A DNA stretch of 64,000 bases from positions 82,338,001 to 82,402,000 of the forward strand of contig NC_058368.1 in the NCBI RefSeq assembly GCF_018350175.1, read 5' to 3'. The first letter of the stretch is position 1; each line of letters opens with the position of its first letter. The DNA is from Felis catus. Its lineage: Eukaryota. Positions 12,282 to 26,349 of the stretch are shown one piece after another. The notes beneath the pieces were generated by a model, which was not told where the DNA came from, did not search any database, and saw only the letters and a list, made by a program, of their open reading frames with translations. A program made the position numbers and the translations under genes.

Positions 12282-13551
12282 GTGGGCAGCCGGCCGCTCA
12301 CATCGGGCAGGAGGGAGCACCCCGAGACCCGCAGGGGGCTACCTGGGACCGCGTCCAGCCCCACATGGGACGCTGGGCCCTCCCTGTGGGCAGCCTTCTC
12401 GCCCCAAGCGGAGCACAGGCCCCCTCTGGCCCGGGCCTCGGCGTGGCCGCTCTGAGCCACCGGCCCCAGCTCTCTGCACACACACGCGAGTCACCGTGGT
12501 CCCTCCTCAGAGGGGGGCTTTGTGTTGTTGGTGTGGACTGCACCGTGCATCCCGCTGGCCTTCTTGTTTTCACCAACACCATGAAATATAGGAGCTGGTG
12601 TTGGAGGGAGGCTGTTGACCCATAATCTGGCTTTCTGGGGCTCTTCGGGCCCTGACTTGGGCCCTGACGGAGCACATGGGGGTCCAGCCAGAGCTGGCAG
12701 TTACTAGAATGTTTTCCTGGCTCAGGTGAGCCAACGGTACGGCTGGTTGCCGCTTGGGGTCTGCTGTTCCCAGCTCGGGTCAGACTCCCTGTAGGGAGGA
12801 CAGGGAAAGCTGAGCTCATCTCCTGTTGCACTTGCTTCCCATCCTCTCCCGCTGCATAGAACAGACACAGCTTTTTGGGGTAAACAGCAGCCACCAAGGG
12901 TGACTGCGTTTCTTGCCAGCGCTCCCCACTTGGGGCTGCGGGAGCAAGCAGGCGTGGTCTCACCCGACGGTGTCTTCTGTCCCAAGTTCAGGGTCCTCAT
13001 TGAACTTAACACTTGGCAGGACAAACCCAGAACCTGTCCACGCAGCGTGGGTGCAGAGGGGCCTCCTGAACCATCGAGGGCACCTCCTTGGTAAAGGAAC
13101 TCTGCTTTCCTTGCCCAAATACAACTTTAAAAGACATTCTAAGTGCACATCGTGAGGTTTGAAAATGAAGATAGAAAATGAACAGACGAGGGTGGGTGCC
13201 CAGCCATCTGCTGCCCCGGGGCCCGGCGAGGAGGGCAGGGTGGCAGGGGGCGAGCCGGTTGGACATAAGGAAGCACTGGAAGGAAAGCCTCAAACAGGCA
13301 GCCACAGACATGCGGGATCCTCACCTGGCGTTTTTAAGGCTGGCTGTCTGACTCCCGCCTCCTCCCGGAGGCTCCAGGAACCCTGAGTCCTCTGGACTTT
13401 GTCTCTGGGGATGGGGGGAGTGAGACACGTGTGTAGGTTACTTGTGGTTGCTTTGTGTTGCGCAAGCTGCTTCAAATGCGTTTGTAACTCTGTTTCTGTT
13501 TTCTGGCTTGTGGGGCTTGGGCTTCTATGGTGACATCACATTCCCGCTTAA

Positions 13552-13713
<162 letters not shown>

Positions 13714-14509
13714 TAAGCAGGGGGCAGGCTTGGAGAAGGGGCCCTGGGGCCCTGGGGGCTGTCCCACCTGCACAGAATATGCTAACACCCGAGGAGAAGT
13801 CCTGCCCCCCATCAACATGCTCCTCTCTGGCCCCTGGTTGCCGACTCTCCAAGCGGTGAAACGCGGGGCTGTGGGGAGGTGGCCCACGGCTCTCTAGTTG
13901 CCGGTGGATATGGGGTTTGTGTGGCGGCGGGCGTGGGGCACAGGTGCCGTGGGTCAAGCACTCGTTGGGGGAGCAGATGAACGGAAGGTGAGCGAGGGCC
14001 CTGCTCTTGGGGATGGCGGCAGAGACGGAAACACGACGTGGCCGACTTCAGGAGCTGTGGCTTTGCTCTCAGCGTGTCTGGTGCCTGGACTTGCCGAAGG
14101 CCTGACAGCTTGGCTCTGGGCTCCCGTGGGAAGTCAGACCACTGGCCCTCGGCGGGGAAAGACCCAGATGCAAGTCGGGCAACCTGCCCGCTCTTGCCTC
14201 AGCATGCTGGTCTGTAAAACAGGGATGAAGAATAACACTAGTGTTCTCAGGGCCTTGTGGGGAGTAAGTTAATACTGTCACACACCTGCGGGAGAGTCAC
14301 GTGGCACACAAACAGGGCCATCACTCTTGGTGTTGCCTGCAAGCCCTCTGCCTTCATTCTTCCTGCTGGATTCGTCGCCACTGAAGCTCCGTCAGGTGTT
14401 TGCCGGCCGCATTTCCCGGGTGCGGATTCTGAGCCTTGAGTAAGGAACCCGTGTGAGGCCACACGGAAGAGGAAGTACAGGCAACGTGACTGAAAGCGCA
14501 GAGAAGGTC

Positions 14510-15905
14510 ATGACATTGTGCTGTACTGCACTCTACTGTATGACATCGCACTGTCCTAAGCTCGTTGCTCTACACGGGACTGGACTGGACTGGACACGCC
14601 ACACCGTCCTCTACTACACCGTCCTACACCACGTTACACCACGCTGTCCTGTGCTACACCCTACGCTACACCACACTACACCACACTACACCACACTGTC
14701 CTGTGCTACACTATACTACACTATGCTGTCCTATGCTATGCCATGGTACCCCGCACCACACTATACTACTCTATGTTGTCCTGTGCTACACCCTACCACA
14801 CTATGCCACACTGTACTACTCTACACGGTACTATACGATGCCATACTACCCTATGCTATACTATATTACAGCACACCGTCCTCTACTTTGCTGTGCTGCT
14901 CTACTATACTGTATTGCATCACACTACATTGCTGTGTACCGCACTACACCGCACCGTGCCACACTATGTGCTATTGTACCACGCTACACCATACTACACT
15001 ACAGCACACTGCACCGTACTACGACACTATGCCGTACTAGACTGCGCTGCGCTAGACTCCCATAACATACCACGCTACGTGACACTGTACTGTGCCATAC
15101 TAAATGACCCAACTCTACCCTAGACTAAACCACACTAGACCAGACTCCACCATACTACACTGTCCTATACTGCACGGTAGTATGATACACGCCATACCAT
15201 TCTATATGACACTGAACTACACTGCATGATATTATACTGTGCTACGCTATACTCGACTATATTATACCACAGTATATTAGACCACAACCTGCTACATGAT
15301 ATGATACGTCTCACTGTACTATACTATACTACACTATGCCCCACCATGCCATAATATGCCATATTACACCGCTGTATATTATACTATACTACATCGCACT
15401 ACGCCATCCCGCACCGCACCATGACACACTACACTATACCGCCATGTCATTCTCTGCTACACTACCGTATACCACACTGTGCCATAACATGCCACGCCAT
15501 ACTATGCTACTCTGTCTTACGTTACACTACACACGACACCTTCTACACTACACTACACCATACTACACCGTGCGGCTCTCTACGCCACTATACTACTCTA
15601 TGCTACACCATACCGTACTCTACTGTGCCACACTATGCTACACTGTACTACGCTGCATATTCCACAGTACACGACCACACCATACTGTATTACACCACAC
15701 TACACAATACCACACCACACCGCACCATCCTACATTATACTCCATTACTCCGTTATGCTTGCTTAACTCTCCCACGCTACATCATGCTACACACGTCACG
15801 CTGTGCCATGCTACGTTACGCTACGTTATTCGATGCCGTGCTGTTCTGTACTATACTTCACTACACTACGTTATACTACTCTGTGCACTACACTATATTA
15901 TGATA
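14510..15905. repeat. About 1.4-kb degenerate pentamer array (CTACA/CACTA-like) in GRK1 intron 2
   Basis: 5-nt periodicity (actac/accac/actgt/actat); source of the H/T/Y/L-rich ORFs. Confidence 0.92.
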
Positions 15906-16430
15906 CCAGTTCAATGTAAACGCCATTTAGTTTGTTGTCCTGGCTTTCTCATGGTCTGGCTCACGTGAGGTTTCCTCTCTTGTTTTCTGAGTCTGCCTCT
16001 CCCTGGTTGCTATCTGGTATAAATAATTTGTTTCCTTTTATCAGTAGGTCATTAGGTCTTGCTTCTGCACAGGACGTGATAGTGGAAAGATGGGGAGGGG
16101 GGAGGCAGGAAGGAGACCGTCCCGCAGGCCCACCAGGAGTCTGCGTGCGTGGGCTTGGTGAGGTGGCTGCCACGCTTGCCGGGGCGCCATATTGAGTCCT
16201 CAGGCCGCTCACACAGGCTTCCTTCACTGCCCTCTGCCCTTCCTCCCTTGGCTGGCACGGGTGAGATGGCTTTGGGGTCCATTTCCAGCTTTGCAGGCCA
16301 GTGTGGGGGAGGCAGGGACAGCCGTGCACTCTTCTGTCTGCCCTTCCCCATGGCGGTGGCACTGCAGGCTCTGAGGGCTGGTGCCGAGGCCCCACAATGA
16401 CCACTTTGCCAACACAAAACAGGATTTTGA

Positions 16431-16814
<384 letters not shown>

Positions 16815-17394
16815 TGATGAGTGTTATAACTTTAAACGGCACCAAAGGCATCTTAAGTTTGTTGTTCATTTCACACATTTTGCACAATTGTCTCTAAAGT
16901 TTTTGATGGATTTAGTTGAAATTTGGTACATAATTAGGCACCAAGCATTACAGGGAGTTAACTCAGGAGTTAACTGTGGAACTCTTGGTGAAGGGTTAAC
17001 ATTTTGTTCATGATCATAAATCCTCGGTCTGTAACTCGTTCTGCCTTTTATGGGATTGTCATCAGAAAGTGACATTGAGATCTAGGTTTCCTTCATGTCC
17101 CTTAGATACCCTCCCTTTGTGTCACCAAGTCATGCAAACGTGGGCATTCTCAAAATGGGGTTTGGGTGGATTGTGCCCCCACTCACAGCTGCAGATCTGC
17201 TGGGGCCCCTGCAGTCTGGCCTCGGCGCCCTGGGGTGGGCCCGTGCTGCGAGTGTGTGCCCATGGGCGCACGTGTGCCCTTGTGTGTGTGCGCGCATGTG
17301 GGCAGAGGCTGCCCTTGGCTCCTGCAGGCTTGGGAACACCAGGCGCCTTTGTTCTGTGGAGCTGCTTGTGACCTCAGTCCATGTTTGCTTTCAG

Positions 17395-17478
17395 GTAATA
17401 TCCGAATATCTGACCTTGGGCTGGCCGTGGAGCTGAAGGACGGGCAGACCAAGACCAAGGGCTATGCAGGAACCCCAG
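17395..17478 (+). CDS. GRK1: GRK1 exon 4 (84 nt; DLG motif and activation segment)
   Basis: ctttcag acceptor; (G)[27 protein letters not shown]; donor CAG|gttagc. Confidence 0.97.
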
Positions 17479-18829
17479 GTTAGCACCTGAGGGCGAGGGT
17501 GGGGGCTGAGGCCCTAGGGGTTCGTGGGGGCCCCCATCTGTCATAGTGAATAGCAAAACCACGGGGCCTGGCCAGCAGGCATGCCCGGCAGCTCGAGAGC
17601 TGCACCCACCGCAGGGATGACCCCTCCCGCCTGCTGGTCCGGACGTGTCACACCCTCTGAGATAGAAGCTTCTGACTTCAGTGGCTTTCCAGACATCAGC
17701 GGAATGTGTTTGTCTGGAGGGGAGCCCGACCATGTTGGCTGGAGCCCTGAGGGTCTGTGCTCAGTGGATCACCGGCTGTACCCCCACCGAGGCGGGCAGC
17801 CTGGGAGATCCCCGAGGGGTACCCAGCCCCCACCGCAGTGTGGCCAGGGCCTTCGCTGTCCAAGAGAGCCCTGGGTAGGGTGTGAGGCAGGCGGGGTGGC
17901 CTCAGGGGAGGGGGCTGCCCTCGTCCTGTGTGTGTGCGCGGCTGTGTATGTACGCACGCACACGTGTGTCCGTGTTTGTTTGTGTATGAGTGTGTGTGCA
18001 CTGTGTGCGCGTGTGTATGTGTGTGCAGTGCACAACACATTCTGCTGCTCCCCCACGTCCCCCAGCCCAGGCCTGCAGAGAACCCAGGAGACCCTGGGAA
18101 CAGGGGAACAGGGGCAGGGCGGGGCGGGCATAGCACAGCTGCCCAAGCTGCAGGGAGAGCTCAGTGCCGGCAGGCCAGGGGCACCTGAGGGTCAGCCCTC
18201 TGCCCCACCCTGTCCCGGAAGGTCCAGGGACCCTCAGCAGATCCTGTCCTGGGTTGATCTGGCTTTGGGGAGGAGCTGCCACGGTGGGTCTGTCCTCACC
18301 TGTGGCTTTGTTTAGGGAAGGTCCTATCTTGAGTTTTCCAGGTCCTTGGCCAGAGTCTATGAAGTTCCAGCCCTGAGTGTGAGTGTGTGAGTGGAAACAC
18401 CCCACATATTTTGGGGTGATTCAAATCGTTAGGAGAAGGCTGTGGAGAATAAGGCACCGCAGGCTGGATTCCAAGTGGTCTGACTCCAGGCCCTGGTGGT
18501 ATCCAGGCCCATGTGTGAGGGCCCCACCGGCCAGCAGAGGGCTCCGCAGGCTTTCCTGTGGCCGCGGCCCTTCTCTGAGCAGAGGGTCTCGTCTTCTGTG
18601 CCTTTGGGGGCAGGGGCAGGGTGTGACCCACAAAGAGGCCCAGCAGAGGTTACCGTGGAGCTTGGGGTGACGCCTGCTGGGTCCTCCCCAGCAGCCATTC
18701 TGCACCCTGCCTGCTATGGCCGCAGTCAGCAGGCTGTGACCCCTGCGTGGAGGAGATGTGAGCATGCCCTCCAACCCCATGGACACGGGGCTGGGTCAAC
18801 GCGGGGAAGAATTAGTAACTAGACAGTGG

Positions 18830-18970
18830 AGTGTTCACTCATTCATTCATTCATTTGCCCACTCACTCCCTCATTCACTCACTCACTCACTCACCTGTGC
18901 ATTCAGGTGACAAATGTTCACTCGTGCTTGCTCTTTCCTGGATGCCACGTAGGTCCTGGGGATACAAAAC
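18830..18970 (-). mobile_element. L2 3'-end fragment
   Basis: (ttca)n followed by caaatgttcact...ctggggataca, typical of an antisense L2 tail. Confidence 0.55.
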
Positions 18971-19781
18971 GATGTGTCACCCAGACCAAGTTGGGAAGCA
19001 GAGCAGAGGCACCACTGGGGTGTTTGCTCAGAAATTGATCCTCTCCCTGTGGCCTGGCTGGCCTTTCTCCTAGACCTTGTTTCAACCTAGAAGTTGTGGC
19101 CAGTGAAACACATCTTTCGTATAGCATTTGAGCAGTCTGGAGTCTTTTCAGTTCCTGAAAAGCAGGACCTACAAAGGGGTGAAGGGGTGTCAGGTCCCGG
19201 AGGGTCTGTGGGATTTGACTCCTGTAACCTGTCAGGAACAGGTGAATCTCTGGTCATATCAGCTTGGCCGCCTTGCTGAGCACACCACCTATTGGAACCT
19301 GGCCATGAACATGGTATACTGAGGGCCTGGAGGGACAGGAAATCAACAGACACATTAGCTTTGCTTCCCTTGGAATATCTGAAGCGGTCAGGAACAGAAG
19401 CCACCTGCACCTAGACCATAGCACCGACCCCTGGTCCCAGGGAGTGGACCGTGGGTCCCAGAAACTGGCCTGTCCACCCTTCCCATGTGCTGGCTGGCTT
19501 CTGTACAGTGGCAGGTAGGGAGTGGAGGCCCAGAGCTTGCTTTCAGGGATGTGGACCTTCACAATGTGGGGCTCCCCCACGTGGCCCCAACTTCCCAAAT
19601 GTGGCTGACCTGACATGGGAACAGGTGGGGCAGTGGTAGGCATCTGGATTTGGAACATCTGGGCCTCATTCTGTCCTTTTGTGCCCTTTTCCAGAATCAA
19701 CGGGTAGTGCCTATCTCTGACCACACACACCCACCACTCCACAGGTCACACTTGTACCTGAGTGGCAAGCGAGGACTGTTA

Positions 19782-19953
19782 CTGTCTGTGTGCTGTGGTC
19801 TCAGGGACCACCTCTCTGTCTGTCTGCTGTGGTCTCAGGGACTGCCTCTCTGTCTGCTGTGTTCAGGGACCATCACTCTGCTGTGGTCTCAGGGACCAAT
19901 CACTCTGTCTGCTGTGGTTCTGAGGGACCATCACTCTGCTCATCTGCTGTGGT
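19782..19953. repeat. About 30-bp minisatellite (5-6 copies) in GRK1 intron 4
   Basis: Repeated tctgctgtggtctcagggaccatcactctg. Confidence 0.85.
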
Positions 19954-19999
19954 GTGCCACAGGGAAGATGGGGCCTCACAGCTCACGTGATGTGGACGG

Positions 20000-20405
<406 letters not shown>

Positions 20406-20868
20406 TGATGGCCCACTCGTGGGGGTCGTAGGAGCAGGTGTCCTGCAGCTGCCCCACGGTGGCCCTGCTTGTGGCGGGGGGAGGTGCTGTTCAGATCTTG
20501 GGCACTAGGCTTCTCGTGGGCAGGGGAGGGGACATGGTGGCCTCGTGTCATGGAGCTCCCCACACCGAGACGTGTCTCAGGACCAGCCGTGCCTGGGCCT
20601 CCCCAATCCCCCTCCCCACGAGCAGCACTCAGCCCACCTGGGGCCAAGCTGGTCTAAAAGGGATGGGGGTGCGGCCTCGTCCCCCCCTGCCTTCCACGGC
20701 AGACCAGCGAGCTCACTGTCGCCCCCTCCAGCACTGCAACCTTTCTGAATAGAGGGCAGTGGGCCTCGCGTCTCTGTGCCCTGCCCCTGGCCCCCCACGC
20801 TCTCTCCTGCACCATCTGCCCCAGAGTCTGCAGGGTGCTGTTACCCCAACCCACCCAAACCACAAACA

Positions 20869-21257
20869 CAGGCCTACCTCAGTGACACCCGGGGTCTAGC
20901 TCGGACCACCATGACACAGCAGATGCCACAGTAAAGCAAGTCAAATGAACTTTCTGGTTTCCCAGTGTGTGTAAAGGTCACATGTCCACATGCTACAGGC
21001 TGCTGAGCGTTCAGTGGCTTTCCGTCCAAAACAGTCCACGTGCCTTAGTTAACAAATACTTACAGCTAACTGGGAGCTCAGCAGGTTGTGATCACTGATC
21101 ACCATAGCAAATAAAACAATAATGAAAATGTTTGAAATACTGTGAGAATCACCAAAATGTCACAGAGACGTGTAGGAGCGAATGCTGTTGGGGAAGTGGT
21201 GCCAGCAAGTCTGCTGCCATTTGTAAACACTGCAGCGTCCCCCATAGATGGTATCTG
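20869..21257. mobile_element. Tigger2-like (TcMar) non-autonomous DNA transposon relic
   Basis: caggcctacctc end; internal tttcccagtgtgtgtaaag and aatgaaaatgtttgaaatactgtgagaatcaccaaaatgtcacagagac resemble recalled Tigger2-family termini. Confidence 0.65.
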
Positions 21258-22280
21258 GGGGCCTCGCCGCCTGCTCGAAACCCAGCCTCTTCTGGCGGGT
21301 GGGCCGCTGGGCATGCGGGGAGCCGGGGCTGAGGAGGCAGGGTGGGCAGGAGGCGTCTCCAGGGCCTGGTGGGAACAGCAGTATTTAGGCAGCCCCGGGC
21401 CTGCCTGGAGGTCACGCCCTTCACTTTCTTCTGCCGGGGTCCCGAACGTGTCCGTCCCCAGGTCACCCTGGTCCTGAGACACCCAGTCTTCCAGGAGCAG
21501 AGTCCTCGCACAGCTAACACAGCCGGCTGCTCTGTGGCTCTGCACGGCCGCCCTGATCGCTACTAACTCGTTTTCTCTCCTGACTTGCAACCACGCAGAA
21601 GAGCCAGTGCTGTGGGATCTGCACAAAGCGGGGGCCCCAGCACAGAGCTCTCACTGACCCCACGGCCCTGACCAGAGGCCCTGTTTTCCGTGTGTGCGAG
21701 CCTGAAGAGTCAGGCACAGAGTGTGCAGTGGGCCCACGGTGGCCCACTGTGTGTCCCACGGCCCGTGGCCAGCTGGGCGTCAGACCTGCGATGGCCAATG
21801 AAGAGTAAGCCTGTGTCTGCACAGTGTTAGGAAGGCGGATCTAACGTGTGGTGAGAGCACACGGCCAGCGTTTGCCGAGCTGGGAGGGGAAGATGGGCTG
21901 CAAAGGGCACAGGGCGCATCTGGGGTGATCGTAGGGCCCCCTGGTCACTGGGAATGGGGTCCTGTGGTGTGGAAACTATACTCCATAAAGCGGATTCAAA
22001 CTCGCCCTCAGTTTCCACCTAGTCAGGAGGTCTCTGCCAGCTCTGTCTGCAAAGTTGGCTCTTTCTCTTACCTTTCTCATTTTCACAGTGGGTAAGGAAT
22101 GGTTATGTAGAGGCACCGCAGCATCAGCCAGAGCGCCCCAACCTTGACCAACACCGTTGGGGGGCCCGGGGACCACACACGCAGGGTCAGCCATTACCTT
22201 GGGCTGGTGTCTTCCTGGGCGGTGTGCTGGCCTGCACGGGCTCCGCGGGCCTGACGTGACGTGGCTCATCCCCTGTGCAG

Positions 22281-22482
22281 GTAGAGAACAAGGAGCTCAG
22301 ACAGAGGGTCCTCTCTGAGCCCGTCAAGTACTCGGACAAATTCAGCCAGGCCAGCAAGGACTTCTGCGAGGCGCTGCTGGAGAAGGACCCTGAGAAGCGC
22401 CTGGGGTTCAGAGACGGGACCTGTGACGGGCTCCGCGCCAACCCCCTCTTTAAGGACATTAACTGGAGACAGCTGGAGGCCG
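22281..22482 (+). CDS. GRK1: GRK1 exon 6 (202 nt)
   Basis: tgtgcag acceptor; [67 protein letters not shown]; donor CCG|gtactg. Confidence 0.96.
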
Positions 22483-23513
22483 GTACTGTCCTCTCGCCTT
22501 TGGATCTGGGGGGCCGCAGGGGGCAGGTCCAGCGGGAGGTCCTTGCTTGCTCTGCCTGCCCTGTTGGCACCTCCTGAGCTCTGCGGTGATGCCAGCAGAG
22601 ATGCCCCGTGGCCTCCTGTCCCCAACTAACCCACCGTCCCCACTTCTCTGTCCACACAGAGGTTTCTCGGGCTGGTGTTGGGTGGGATGCTTGGGGTGCT
22701 GCCCACCTTTGAACTGAAGATCCACACCTGTGCTTGTGGGTTTCCACACCCTGTACTTTCAAGGAGCCCCTGATCCAAGACAAGGCAGGATCCCTCAAGC
22801 CGTCGTCTTGGGAGAACCTCGTTCCTTCAGTCAGTCTGTGTTGTCAGGTGTCCCTTGTGGGACACACGTGTAGGTGAGCGTGTGCAGACGCAGCCCCAGC
22901 CCCGAGCCTACGGTAGGGCGTGTGAGCTGCGACTCCCTACGGGAGCCCCAAGCGTCAGATGCCCAAAGGAGAGGAGTTCCTTTTGCAGGGAGGGGGCTCT
23001 GTGGCTGGATGGTGGTGCTGGTGTAGGGAAGATGGGAGCCAGGAGATCTGGGGCCTGGGAGGGGGGGGGATTCCGCAGGCCATGCCACCAGTCTGACAGG
23101 TGGCTCAGCCCGGGGCCCACACTGAAGGGAAGGGCGGGTGGTGCGGCCACGGGGGTCACGTGGCTAGTGTTGTATATTGGTGACTGAAGGACTTTGGCTC
23201 CCGAGCGGGCTGGGAGACAAGCCGGCTTTGGAAAGAAATTGAGATGCTCAGCCTGACTGTGCCGGGTTCGAGGTGTTGCACCTGCAGACAAGGAAGCCCC
23301 CTGGGAGGCAGGTGTGAGGACACAGACCAGAGCAGGCTGTTCCTTCGCCTGCCTGGATGCTAAGACCCTAACACCCACCCAGTGTGCTGTGCGGCACCCG
23401 GACACCCGTCCTGAGCCTTCGGACACCCTCGAAGGGCAGCCCTGCTTGCTGAGCACACGGCCGTTTCCTTCTGTTTTCGGCATTTCCCATCCCTGTTTTC
23501 TGTCTCCTCACAG

Positions 23514-23812
23514 GGATGCTGACACCCCCCTTCGTCCCAGACTCCAGGACAGTCTATGCCAAGAACATCCAGGACGTGGGCGCCTTCTCCACGGTCAAGG
23601 GCGTGGCCTTCGACAAAGCCGATACCGAGTTCTTCCAGGAGTTCGCGACCGGCAACTGCCCCATTCCCTGGCAGGAGGAGATGATCGAGACGGGCGTGTT
23701 CGCGGAGCTGAACGTCTGGCGCTCTGACGGGCAGATGCCTGACGACATGAAGGGGGTCGCCGTGGAGGAGGCAGCCCCCGCGTCCAAGTCCGGGATGTGT
23801 CTGGTTTCCTAG
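23514..23812 (+). CDS. GRK1: GRK1 exon 7 coding part (299 nt; AGC tail, autophosphorylation S/T, CaaX)
   Basis: ctcacag acceptor; (G)[30 protein letters not shown]...[13 protein letters not shown]. The seven exons sum to 1695 nt, giving 564 aa with an intact frame. Confidence 0.98.
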
Positions 23813-25139
23813 GTGTGCGGGGGCAAGAAGGCCTCTGTGAGCCACCAGAGAAAGGCAAGGAGTGGCCAGATGTCCCGGCCCAGCTCAGGAGCCCAGCCCG
23901 TAAATAGTCTGCTTCTTCTGCCCCATTTCACTCAGAGACACAACCGTGGTTCTCAGATGGCACGTCCCACTCGAGGGCTCTTGTGGACGTCCCCGCCGGC
24001 AGCCGGGTCAGCCGTCCGGGCAAAGCATTGCTTGGCATTTTGGTATATGTTTCCTGCACCTTAACTGCACCTTCCCAGGTGGGAGGCATTCTCCTTGTTG
24101 GCTCAGGAGTTGGCAGAGCATGGCCCGCAGGCTCACGGACACCAGTGGAGAGGCCTGGTGCCCCCCTTCATGCCCAGACTGCACCCCCCGCCACCTGCCT
24201 GCTACCCACCACCTGCATGTTGGACATGCTGACATCTGCCAGGCGCTGGGGGCGCAGTCTCCCAGGGCTTGCGTCACCCAGGCTGCGGCCCAGTGTCCCA
24301 GAGGAGGGAGGATGGGGGCTCTGGGGATGAAGGCGACGGCAGCAGCCTCCCCCTCAGCTTCTCTGTGTCCTGAGAACATCTCCAGCCGATGGCATCTGGG
24401 TGTGCCGTTCTCCGGCCCAAGCAACAGCTTACCACCGGACTCTGCCTCCTGGCAAAGCCCTTTCCCGTGCTCCTGTCTTGGGCAAGCTTGGGGCCGGCTG
24501 GTCTTGCAACATGGGGTTTTCTGGCTGATGGCTAGGGCCAGACCCTGTCGGAATCCCCAGAGGCAACAGCACTGGAGTTTTGGGGTCCTAACCCTTACGA
24601 GCACAAGTATGCCCTCCTTCTGGCCTGTGGCCCCGTGTTCACTGGGTCCGTGTTTCCAGCTTCACCTTTAACCCCAAGAATCCCCACGTGTGCCCTGCCT
24701 GGAAGAACACAGTCTTTGTAGCGGCCTCCAGATGACGTTCACTCCTGGGCTGGGATTTGGTGGCATTGGCCTTGGAACCCGAGACTGCCCAGGGGGCTCA
24801 GGTGGGGCCGAGCCTCTGGGGAGGAGCTGAGATTTAGGGCCTGAAGTTTCCAGAAGGGTCTACTTTTCCTTAGGAAATAACTTCTGAGTCTCTGCAACTC
24901 ATACACTGTGTCACATGCTGGTCCATGCAGAGAGCCACATGACGTGGCTGTGAGATGCCGGATTGCGTGTGGGGGTCACGTGGGAAGACTCCCCCTGGGA
25001 GTGTCAGAAGACACCACAGCATTTACCTGTCAAGTGGGGCTGACATTGGGTCCTGTCAGGGGCTGCAAAAGAGGGAGTCCTACCTAGCTTTAGCACATGT
25101 CCTGGGGTCACTGCTTCCTTTCCCAGCTACCTCATGAGA

Positions 25140-25605
25140 GTCCACCCTGAGTATTGGGGTGCCCCCACCCTCAGACTGTCAACACCAAGTGTTCAGGGGC
25201 CCCCTTGCCCTCAGACTGTCATCCCTGAGTGTTTGGGGAACCCCTGCCCTCGATCTGTCATCCTTGAGTGTTCAGGGAACCGCCACCCTCAGACTATCAA
25301 CACCAAGTGTTTGGGGCACCCACACCCTCAGACTATCAACACCAAGTATTCAGGGGTGCCCCTGCCCTCAGACTGTCAACACTGAGTATTTGGGGCATCT
25401 CTGCCCTCAGACTATCATCCTCGAGTGTTTGGGGAACCCCCACCCTCAGGGGGTGCCCCCATCCTCAGACCGTCAATCCCAAGTATATTGGGGCATCCCT
25501 GCCCTCAGACTGTCATCCTTGTGTTCAAGTAACTCCCACCCTCAGACTGTCAACCCTGTGTTGGGGTGCTCCTACCCTCAGACTGTCAACACTGAGTGCT
25601 GGGGG
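25140..25605. repeat. About 37-bp minisatellite (about 12 copies) downstream of GRK1
   Basis: Repeated ccctcagactgtcaacaccaagtgtttggggc. Confidence 0.9.
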
Positions 25606-26233
25606 GGTTGTTGCCTGCAGAAGTCCGTGTGCAGTCCTCTGCTCTCTGCCCTCAGGGGACCAGTGGGTCCTGCAGCCAACAGCTCTGGAGGGTTGCCACT
25701 CTGGCCCCCACGCCTGCCTGGCACAGGGCCGTGTCGTGTGTGGCCGTGCAGAGGCCAGACAGGTGGTGGAGAAAATCCGGCCTGTGCTTCCGAGGACCGT
25801 ATGACATGAAGCCTCTGCCTTTAAAGCACCCTTGGACCAGAAAGATCCTTCTCTCCTGGCTGTGCATGTGGCCCGCCAGAGGCAAAAACTGTTCTGGAAG
25901 GGCCTGGAGAGACGCCCAGCGCTTTCTGGTGTGTGACCTGGAGCATCTCTGCAGGCGCCCAGGACCAGGGACATGGGGCTGTCGGCGGGCAAATCACCCT
26001 CACCCAGTCTTGCTTTGTTTTCCAGAAAGGTGCACGTGGGCTAGGTAATGGCCATATGTGTCACTGCACTACCTTGTGGTGCAACAAGGACCTGTTTCTG
26101 GCTTTTATAAACCCATTTAATCTGTTCTAGGTTCTCATGGCCCTGAACAAAGAGTGATTCCAGCAGCTGTGTGGATGGAGGCCTGGCCTGAAGCCCCTTG
26201 GCGTCTGCCAGGGGGGCCCATTTGCCTGCGTCT

Positions 26234-26349
26234 GATGGCCAGATGGTCAGATAAAACACAGGACATCGGATGCATTTGAATTTCAGATGAACAGCAAATA
26301 CTGTTTTTAGTGCGTGTCCCAAATTATCCAGTTTGTGATCTGGCGCCTG
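26234..26349. mobile_element. MER53-like hAT relic
   Basis: gccagat...ataaaacacaggac...atttgaatttcagatgaacagcaaat...atctggc. Confidence 0.6.

Noticed and set aside
14453..15968. Long His/Thr/Tyr/Cys-rich ORFs
   Set aside because: Translations of the pentamer array, open in several frames.
25140..25605. CRISPR-like periodicity (about 37 bp) and a 216-aa ORF
   Set aside because: Contiguous diverged tandem units with no unique spacers, no cas genes, and a mammalian context.
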